The notes below the pieces were generated by a model that was given only the letters and a program-made list of their open reading frames with translations, did no database searches and had not been told where the DNA came from. From the NCBI GenBank assembly GCA_040380025.1, contig JBEIJY010000007.1:1-64000 (forward strand): a stretch of DNA of 64,000 nt. The letters are read 5' to 3'. This document shows, piece by piece, positions 56,909 through 64,000 of this stretch (the first letter of the stretch is position 1; each line of letters starts with the position of its first letter). This DNA comes from Bdellovibrionales bacterium (GTDB lineage: Bacteria; Bdellovibrionota; UBA1018; CAIMNF01). The translations under genes and the position numbers were made by a program.

Positions 56909-58918
56909 ATGAAACTCTTCGAGCCCCTCGATCTCGGCTTCACGAGCGTTAAAAACCGTTTTGTCATGGGATCCATGCACACCGGGCTCGAGGATCACGC
57001 AAAAGACCTTCCCGCCCTGACCCGGTATTTTGTCGAACGGGCCAAAGGGGGTGTGGGCCTCATCATCACCGGTGGGTACTCACCGAACCGACTGGGAAAG
57101 CTCGCCCCTTCCGGCGGAGCCTTTCATTCCAAATCCCTCGCAAAGGCCCATCGCGCACTCACCGGTGCCGTTCAAGAACACGGAGCTCGCATCTGTCTCC
57201 AGCTCCTCCATGCGGGGCGGTACTCCGTCCATCCCTTTCTGGTCGCCCCCTCGCGCATCAAATCGCCGATCTCGCCCTTCACTCCGTTCGCGATGCCGAA
57301 GTTCCTGGTGCGCTCGACCGTTCGCGATTTCGGCCGGGCCGCCGCGAATGCAAAGCTTGCCGGGTATGATGGCGTCGAAGTCATGGGGTCCGAAGGGTAC
57401 CTGATTCATCAATTCGTCGCTGAGCGCACCAACCGCAGGACCGATGAATACGGTGGAAGCTTCGAGAACCGGATTCGCTTCCCGCTCGAGATCGTCCGCG
57501 AGATCCGGAAACGCGTCGGGAACGATTTCATGATCATTTACCGGATCTCCATTCTGGATCTGGTGGACGGAGGCTCCTCCCCGGACGAGGTGATCCGGTT
57601 CGCAAAAGAACTGAAACGTGCCGGGGTCACCATCCTGAATTCCGGAATCGGCTGGCATGAGGCGCGCATTCCCACCATCGCCTCGATGGTGCCGCGGGCG
57701 GCATTCACGCCGATCACCGCGCGTCTGCGCGAGGCGGTGAATCTTCCGGTCATCGCCACAAACCGAATCAACGACCCCATGACCGCAAACGAGGTTCTCT
57801 CGCAGGGGCACGCCGACCTGATTTCCATGGCCCGTCCTTTTTTGGCCGATCCTGACTTTGTCGAAAAAGCCCGTTCCGGGCGCGAAGAAGAGATCAATCC
57901 CTGCATTGCCTGCAATCAGGCCTGCCTTGATCATATTTTTGAAGGAAAAAAGGCCTCCTGCCTCGTGAATCCCGCGGCCTGCGAGGAAGACCGGTGGGTT
58001 CCGGTCAAAACCGCGCATCCGAAGAAGATCGCGGTCGTGGGCGCGGGCCCCGCGGGCCTGAACGCCGCGATCGTGCTCCTGAAGGCGGGCCATCAGGTCA
58101 CCGTCTTCGAAAAATCCGAGATCCCGGGAGGCCAGTTCAATCTCGCCGCCCGCATTCCGGGCAAGGGCGAATACCAAGGCTCGATCGAGCACTGGACTTC
58201 CGAGATCCGGCGCCTGGGCGGAAAAATCAGCCTGAAGCGCGAGATCAAGAGCGAGTTCGAGATCAAGGGCTTCGACGAGGTGGTGGTCTCGACCGGCGTG
58301 AAGCCGCGGATTCCCTCGATCCCGGGCGCGGATCTTCCGCATGTGCACCGGTATGACGAGCTTCTCTCGGGCAAAGTGGTACCGAAGAACATTCTCGTGA
58401 TCATCGGCGCGGGCGGCATCGGCGTCGATGTGGCGACCTATCTGATTCACCACCACTCGAACCACGATCTCGATCCCGAGGCGTATTTCCGGCACTGGGG
58501 AATCGACCCCGCCCGAAAGAACGGTCTTGTCCCCGACTTCAAAGCGCCCCGCACCCGTCTCTCTGTGACCCTGCTTCAGCGAAGCGCGGGGGGAATGGGC
58601 CGAAATCTCGGCAAGACCACCGGCTGGATCCACCGGCTCGACCTGAAGCGCTCGGGCGTGCGCTATTTGAACAATCTGCAATACGAGGCGATCACCCCCG
58701 AGGGCGTCTCGGTGATTCTGAAAGACGGGACGAAAAAACTCGTTCCGGCCCAGCAGGTGTTTTTGTGCGCGGGCCAGGATTCCGAGAACTCGCTCCAGTC
58801 CATTTGCGAAAAAGCGGGTGTTCCCTGCCACATCATCGGAGGCGCGAAGCTCGCGGCCGAGATCGATGCGAAACGCGCGATCCGCGAGGCATGGGACCTT
58901 GCCCGCGTGATCGGCTGA
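56909..58918 (+). CDS. fadH: NADPH-dependent 2,4-dienoyl-CoA reductase
   Basis: MGSMHTGLE, GYDGVEVMGSEGYL, GIGWHEARIPTI, CIACNQAC, GAGPAG, LGKTTGWIHR. Confidence 0.95.
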   Translation: MKLFEPLDLGFTSVKNRFVMGSMHTGLEDHAKDLPALTRYFVERAKGGVGLIITGGYSPNRLGKLAPSGGAFHSKSLAKAHRALTGAVQEHGARICLQLLHAGRYSVHPFLVAPSRIKSPISPFTPFAMPKFLVRSTVRDFGRAAANAKLAGYDGVEVMGSEGYLIHQFVAERTNRRTDEYGGSFENRIRFPLEIVREIRKRVGNDFMIIYRISILDLVDGGSSPDEVIRFAKELKRAGVTILNSGIGWHEARIPTIASMVPRAAFTPITARLREAVNLPVIATNRINDPMTANEVLSQGHADLISMARPFLADPDFVEKARSGREEEINPCIACNQACLDHIFEGKKASCLVNPAACEEDRWVPVKTAHPKKIAVVGAGPAGLNAAIVLLKAGHQVTVFEKSEIPGGQFNLAARIPGKGEYQGSIEHWTSEIRRLGGKISLKREIKSEFEIKGFDEVVVSTGVKPRIPSIPGADLPHVHRYDELLSGKVVPKNILVIIGAGGIGVDVATYLIHHHSNHDLDPEAYFRHWGIDPARKNGLVPDFKAPRTRLSVTLLQRSAGGMGRNLGKTTGWIHRLDLKRSGVRYLNNLQYEAITPEGVSVILKDGTKKLVPAQQVFLCAGQDSENSLQSICEKAGVPCHIIGGAKLAAEIDAKRAIREAWDLARVIG

Positions 58919-58951
58919 CCCGCTTTTGCGCGGATTTCGCCCGGCAACGAA

Positions 58952-61057
58952 TCAAAGCTCGAGCGAGAGCATCCGCACCCGGCGCAAAATGTCACGGAGC
59001 TCGGCCGCCTTCTCGAACTCGAGATTCTGTGCGGCCTCGCGCATCTCTTTTTCGATCTTCTTCAGCGTGCCCGGAAGCTTTTCCATGCTCGTGAAGCGTT
59101 CCCCCAGAATCTGCCGGACGGCATCGACCCGCGAAAGCTCGTCGACATAATCCAACAAGACCGGAGGAGCAGGCACCTCGGAATCCCCACGGGTTTTCCC
59201 GGCCGCGACCGATGGCCAGAGACCCTGCCCCGGAACGAGATCCGACCCGGCCTCGATGCGCTCCGCGATTTTTTTCCGGATGGTTTTGGGCTCGATTCCG
59301 GCTTTTTTGTTGTACTCCTGCTGGACGGTGCGCCTTCGTGCGGTCTCCCCGATCGCCCTCTGCATGCTATGGGTGACCTTGTCCGCGTAAAGGATCACGA
59401 ATCCGTTCGCGTTCCGCGCGGCCCGTCCGATCGTCTGGATGAGCGAGCGTTCCGAACGCAAGAACCCTTCTTTGTCGGCGTCGAGGATCGCGACCAGCGA
59501 TACCTCGGGCAGATCAAGCCCCTCACGGAGCAGGTTGATCCCGACCAGCACATCGAAGGTTCCGAGCCGCAAGTCGCGCAAAATCTCAACCCGCTCGAGC
59601 GTCTCGATGTCGGAGTGCAGATACTTCACTTTGATTTTTTTCTCGGTGTAATAGCGCGTGAGATCCTCGGCCAGCCGCTTCGTGAGCGTGGTCACCAGGA
59701 CCCGCTCGTTCCGCTTCACGCGCTCGCCGATTTCCTGCAAGAGGTCTTCGACCTGGGTTTGCGCCCCCCGCACCTCCACCACCGGGTCAAGGAGCCCCGT
59801 CGGCCGGATCAGCTGTTCGGCCACCGTTCCGCCCGTCAGTTGCAGTTCGTAGTCGCCGGGGGTCGCCGAAACATACACGCATTGTTTCAGGATCTTCTCC
59901 CACTCCTGAAAATTGAGCGGGCGGTTGTCGAGCGCCGAGGGAAGCCGGAATCCGTGCTCGACCAGATTCATCTTGCGGGCCCGGTCGCCGCGGTACATGC
60001 CGCCGATCTGCGAGACCGTCACATGGCTCTCGTCGACAAAACAAAGCCAGTTCTTCGGAAAATAATCCATGAGCGTCGGAGGCGGCTCGCCCGGATTCCG
60101 GCCCGTCAGGTGGCGGGAGTAGTTCTCGATCCCCTGGCAGAATCCGATCTGCTCGATCATTTCGAGGTCAAAGAGCGTTCTTTGCGAGAGCCGTTGCGCT
60201 TCGAGAAGCCGGTTCTGCGCGTTCAATTCGACGAGCCGTTCCTGAAGCTCCGCCCGGATCGACTCGAGCGCGCGCTTCCGGTTGTCGACCGTCGTCACAT
60301 AGTGGCTCGCCGGATAAACCGTGACTCGCGGGAGTTTCTCATAGCGGATGCCCCGAAGCGGATCAAACGTCGAGATGCCCTCGAGCTCGTCGCCAAAGAA
60401 CTCAAGCCGGATCGCGACATCCTCTTCGTAGGCGGGATAAATCTCGACCGATTCTCCCCGCACCCGGAAGGTCCCGCGATGAAAATCGACGTCGTTCCGC
60501 TGGTACTGGATCTCGAGGAGTTTTCGCAAAACCTCTTGCCGCTTGTATTCCTTGCCGGTCTCGAGATGAAGAATGAGCCCCTCGTAGGCCTCGGGGCTTC
60601 CGAGACCGTAAATGCACGACACCGAAGAAACGATGATCACGTCCTCGCGCTCGAGCAGCGACCTCGTCGCCGAGTGCCGGAGCTTGTCGATCTCGTCATT
60701 GATCTGCGAATCCTTTTCGATATAGGTGTCGGTGGCGGCGATGTAGGCCTCGGGCTGATAGTAGTCGTAGTAACTTACGAAATACTCCACCGCGTTCTCG
60801 GGAAAGAACTCCTTGAACTCGGCATAAAGCTGGGCGGCCAGGGTTTTGTTATGGCACAGAATCAGCGTGGGCCGGTTTACCTTGGCGATGACGTTGGCCA
60901 TGGTGAAGGTCTTGCCGGAGCCGGTGACCCCCAAAAGAACCTGCGAGGACTTGCCCTCTACGAGACCCGCCACCAACTGCTCGATCGCACGGGGCTGATC
61001 ACCGGTGGGTTGGTACTCCGAGACCAGATGAAAGGGTTTGACCGTATGGATCGGCAT
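58952..61057 (-). CDS. uvrB: Excinuclease ABC subunit B
   Basis: [39 protein letters not shown]-terminal UVR domain. Confidence 0.97.
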   Translation of the reverse strand: MPIHTVKPFHLVSEYQPTGDQPRAIEQLVAGLVEGKSSQVLLGVTGSGKTFTMANVIAKVNRPTLILCHNKTLAAQLYAEFKEFFPENAVEYFVSYYDYYQPEAYIAATDTYIEKDSQINDEIDKLRHSATRSLLEREDVIIVSSVSCIYGLGSPEAYEGLILHLETGKEYKRQEVLRKLLEIQYQRNDVDFHRGTFRVRGESVEIYPAYEEDVAIRLEFFGDELEGISTFDPLRGIRYEKLPRVTVYPASHYVTTVDNRKRALESIRAELQERLVELNAQNRLLEAQRLSQRTLFDLEMIEQIGFCQGIENYSRHLTGRNPGEPPPTLMDYFPKNWLCFVDESHVTVSQIGGMYRGDRARKMNLVEHGFRLPSALDNRPLNFQEWEKILKQCVYVSATPGDYELQLTGGTVAEQLIRPTGLLDPVVEVRGAQTQVEDLLQEIGERVKRNERVLVTTLTKRLAEDLTRYYTEKKIKVKYLHSDIETLERVEILRDLRLGTFDVLVGINLLREGLDLPEVSLVAILDADKEGFLRSERSLIQTIGRAARNANGFVILYADKVTHSMQRAIGETARRRTVQQEYNKKAGIEPKTIRKKIAERIEAGSDLVPGQGLWPSVAAGKTRGDSEVPAPPVLLDYVDELSRVDAVRQILGERFTSMEKLPGTLKKIEKEMREAAQNLEFEKAAELRDILRRVRMLSLEL

Positions 61058-61067
61058 GAAATGAGCC

Positions 61068-62507
61068 TCAGACCCCGGCCTTCAGTTTTTTCGCGTAACC
61101 GGGCTTGGTCACCTGGCGAGAGCGGGCGATCGCAAGCGCCCCCTCTTCGACATCCTCGGTGATGGTCGAACCCGAGGCCACAAAGCTTCCGCGCTTCAGG
61201 GTCACCGGCGCAACCGCCTGACAGTCGCTTCCGACAAACACATCGTCTTCGATCACAGTCTTGTGCTTGCGGCTTCCGTCGATCACCCGCCCGTCATAGT
61301 TGCAGGTCACAAACCCGCAGCCGATGTTCACCCGCGCACCGACCTCGGCATCTCCCACATAGCTCAAATGCGAAATCGCGGTTTTCTCGCCGATGACGGA
61401 TTTCTTGAGCTCGACGAAATTGCCGATCTTGGCCTGGTCGCGCACGATGCTCCCCGGACGCAAGTGCGCATACGGCCCAAGATTCACGCCGTTCCCGATC
61501 TCGCTCTCCTCGGCCACGGTTCCCGCCTTGATCTCGCATCCCGCGCCGACCACGACGTTCCTCAAAAACACATTCGGACCGATCACGGTCCCCGAGCCGA
61601 TTCGGGTTTTTCCCTCGAGGATCGCCCCGGGATAAACGGTCACATCTTTTTCGATCGTGACCGTGGGCTCGATCCGGCACGAAGAAAGATCCACAAACCG
61701 CACGCCGTTCACCGCATGATCGCGGATCACACGCGAATTCAAAATGCCCGCGGCAAGCGAAAGTTCATACGGGTTGTTCACCCCACGCACATCCTCGGGC
61801 GAATCCCAGACCAAGGCCTCCATGGAGCGTTTTTTCGATGCAGCGATGCCCACCAGATCGGTAAGGTAGTATTCCTTCTGCGCATTCCGGTTTTGAAGGG
61901 AGGCAACCCCCGAAGCGAGGAACTTCGCCTGGAAGCTGTAAATCGACACCCCCACCTCGCGGATTTGTTTTTCGCGCGCATTCGCGTCTTTTTCTTCGAC
62001 GATCCGGAGCACCGGACCCGACTTGCCCCTTCGCACGATCCTTCCGTAACCGGACGGATCCGGAAGAACCGCGGTCAATACCCGGAGTGCGGTTCCCCGT
62101 TTCAAGGGCTCGAGCATTTCCTTCAGCAATCCGGCCGTGATCAGGGGCAAATCCCCGGGAAGCACGAGAACGCTCTCGTTTTTCTCGACCGCAAGACGGC
62201 CCCACTCGGACTCCATCGCACATTTTGCCGCATGCCCGGTGCCCTTTTGCTCGGCCTGCTCGACAAACGCGATCGGCATCGGATAGCCCTGCGCCCGGAC
62301 CGCATTGATCACCAGTTCTTTTTGATGTCCGACCACGATCGCCACTCGAGAAGCGGGAGAAACCGCAGAAAGCCGGTCGAGAATCTGAAAGATCATGGGC
62401 CTTCCGCACACCGGGATCAACACCTTCGGAAGCGAGGAATTCATGCGTTTTCCGAGGCCGGCGGCGAGAATCACAACAGAGGACTGGGCTGGGATCTTCG
62501 AAATCAT
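61068..62507 (-). CDS. glmU: Bifunctional UDP-GlcNAc pyrophosphorylase / GlcN-1-P acetyltransferase
   Basis: [32 protein letters not shown], hexapeptide repeats, [15 protein letters not shown]. Confidence 0.96.
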   Translation of the reverse strand: MISKIPAQSSVVILAAGLGKRMNSSLPKVLIPVCGRPMIFQILDRLSAVSPASRVAIVVGHQKELVINAVRAQGYPMPIAFVEQAEQKGTGHAAKCAMESEWGRLAVEKNESVLVLPGDLPLITAGLLKEMLEPLKRGTALRVLTAVLPDPSGYGRIVRRGKSGPVLRIVEEKDANAREKQIREVGVSIYSFQAKFLASGVASLQNRNAQKEYYLTDLVGIAASKKRSMEALVWDSPEDVRGVNNPYELSLAAGILNSRVIRDHAVNGVRFVDLSSCRIEPTVTIEKDVTVYPGAILEGKTRIGSGTVIGPNVFLRNVVVGAGCEIKAGTVAEESEIGNGVNLGPYAHLRPGSIVRDQAKIGNFVELKKSVIGEKTAISHLSYVGDAEVGARVNIGCGFVTCNYDGRVIDGSRKHKTVIEDDVFVGSDCQAVAPVTLKRGSFVASGSTITEDVEEGALAIARSRQVTKPGYAKKLKAGV

Positions 62508-62671
62508 GGGCCGTAGGTTCCCTGATTTTGCTCGATTTTGAAACTGCCACTTGCGGGGACTCGCGGCTTTTTCATGATTCCGCGCAATTCCCGACTTTTA
62601 TGCTTCAAATATGAAAATCTTCAAAATAAACCGATTGATCCGGCTCCCGCGAGGCCGTAAACCCTGATCAA

Positions 62672-62693
62672 GCGATTGATGTTTGTCAATCGC
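62672..62693. promoter_or_regulatory. Inverted repeat immediately before the dksA ribosome-binding site
   Basis: GCGATTGA-N6-TCAATCGC; contains TTGAT-GTTT-GTCAA, one mismatch from the FNR-type box. Confidence 0.4.
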
Positions 62694-62706
62694 GGGGGGA
62701 TAGAAA

Positions 62707-63069
62707 ATGGACACTCAAACCATCGGAAAATTCAGAACGATCCTGACTGCGGAGCGGGAACGCCTGCTGAAGGTATCGAAACACAGCATTCAGAATGAGC
62801 TCAACATCTCGACCGATGACCTGCCGGATGAGGCGGACCTTGCGGCAAGCGAGATCAACCAGAGCCTCACTTTCGAGCTCCGGAATCGCGAGCGGGTGAT
62901 GATCTCGAAGATCAACACCGCCTTGAGGAAGATCCACAACGGCACCTTCGGCCTGTGCGAAACCTGCGAAGAAGAAATCGAACCGCGGCGTCTGGAAGCG
63001 CGACCCTTCTCGATCCTGTGCGTGTCGTGCCAGGAGCACCACGAGCACAAAGAAAAAGTCTACGCCTAG
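62707..63069 (+). CDS. dksA: DksA/TraR family transcription factor
   Basis: Coiled-coil tip DEADLA (DxxDxA) and C4 zinc finger CETC...CVSC. Confidence 0.88.
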   Translation: MDTQTIGKFRTILTAERERLLKVSKHSIQNELNISTDDLPDEADLAASEINQSLTFELRNRERVMISKINTALRKIHNGTFGLCETCEEEIEPRRLEARPFSILCVSCQEHHEHKEKVYA

Positions 63070-64000
63070 TTCTTCGGCGTATCCTCGAAACGGAGTTCGC
63101 GGAACAACACCACTCCGAACGGGTTCGCACGGAAGCCTGAAACCCGTTTGGAAACCCCGAAGCGAAGCACCTGGTGAAGAAGCGGAATCACCGGAGCTTC
63201 CTCCCAGAGAATCGATTCGATCTCGTAAATGAGCTTGGAGCGCTTCACGAGGAGCGGCTCCTGATGAAGTTCCTCGACCAGGGCATCATACTCCTTGTTC
63301 GACCAGCCCGTGAAGTTGTTCGGACTGTCCGTGGTGAGAACATCGTACACAATCGAGGCCGAGCTGATCGGATTCTGCCAGCCGAAGCGATAGATCGCGG
63401 CAGGATCGGACTTCAGTCTGGCGTAATGAGCCTTCCAATCCAGAAGCTCCAGCTCCGAAACCCATCCCAGCTCATCTTTGATGCCGCTTTGTACGAATTC
63501 CAGCATGGTTTGATTCCTCGATCCCGAATCGCTCTGGATCCGGAATCGCGCCGGAGGATCGGTCTTGACGGGGGTGATGATCCATTCGCGCCGATACCCG
63601 CCGGGGGCGAGCAATGTCGGCAAGAACGAGGGAGCCCCCCGCTCGCCGGTTCCCAGAAGCTTTGCCAGTTCCGCCCGTTTCGCGATCAGAACCGCATTCC
63701 GGACGGCGATGCGATGATCCCGATCCCGGAACGGCGGCTTTTTCGTGTTGAATGCAAGATAGGTCACCGCTTCGACCGGCACCTCGACCAAGGATGCGAT
63801 CGAAGCCACCTGCTTTTGCTGAAGCGTCGGAACGCGGGTCAGGATGTCGATTTTTCCGGACTTCATCAAAGGGTAAAGCGAGGCTTCATCTGCGATGAAA
63901 CGCACCATCACCTCGGGAATCGTCACCGAGTCCGACGCGTGGAATCGCGGGTTCTTCCGGAGCAGAAGGTGGCTGTCCCGGCGGTACTCCACCACCTCGT
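63066..64000 (-). CDS. Peptide ABC transporter substrate-binding protein, 3' part (5' end outside window)
   Basis: YLAFNTKKPPF, NNFTGWSNKEYDALV, EEAPVIPL; frame open to the window edge. Confidence 0.85.
   Translation of the reverse strand, partial: EVVEYRRDSHLLLRKNPRFHASDSVTIPEVMVRFIADEASLYPLMKSGKIDILTRVPTLQQKQVASIASLVEVPVEAVTYLAFNTKKPPFRDRDHRIAVRNAVLIAKRAELAKLLGTGERGAPSFLPTLLAPGGYRREWIITPVKTDPPARFRIQSDSGSRNQTMLEFVQSGIKDELGWVSELELLDWKAHYARLKSDPAAIYRFGWQNPISSASIVYDVLTTDSPNNFTGWSNKEYDALVEELHQEPLLVKRSKLIYEIESILWEEAPVIPLLHQVLRFGVSKRVSGFRANPFGVVLFRELRFEDTPKN

Noticed and set aside
26480..61057. DNA-repair island (topA, photolyase, SprT, mutS2, NUDIX, uvrB)
   Set aside because: The genes are spread over 35 kb among unrelated genes in mixed orientation, and I saw no shared operator.
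1276..62516. Many long antisense ORFs (e.g. 1276-3138, 4360-6024, 23892-25739, 27266-29116, 39363-41705, 59369-61162)
   Set aside because: They mirror well-supported genes on the opposite strand and have no recognisable motifs. This is expected from GC-rich codon bias.

Overview
A GC-rich (~60%), very gene-dense bacterial chromosomal segment. Gene content (scattered Tad-pilus components, many secreted hypothetical proteins, histidine kinases with a C-terminal degenerate receiver) suggests a Bdellovibrionota/Oligoflexia-like organism, but this is inference. It holds about 52 CDSs, mostly housekeeping (clpSA, a nucleoside ABC transporter, gdhA, ddl, topA, photolyase, mutS2, an S41 protease, mltA, fadH, uvrB, glmU, dksA, two OppA-like binding proteins). 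I saw no rRNA, tRNA, CRISPR array, integrase or transposase. The main unexplained structure is a dispersed family of ~200-bp non-coding palindromic elements (1-108 partial, 3614-3815, 20908-21110, plus two split modules at 7720-7793 and 7802-7975). They have CAAACTGCCCCCTTTG termini, 9-bp flanking direct repeats, copy-specific long stems, and a conserved apical core whose hairpins covary around GGA loops. The TIR-bearing copies all sit within 8 bp of a stop codon. Other points of interest are a Lys-block/acidic-block histone H1-like protein, many leaderless-style promoters, a methyltransferase-sensor kinase pair, a ZIP transporter with Cys at a His position, and an AAA-ATPase gene truncated at a perfect palindrome.
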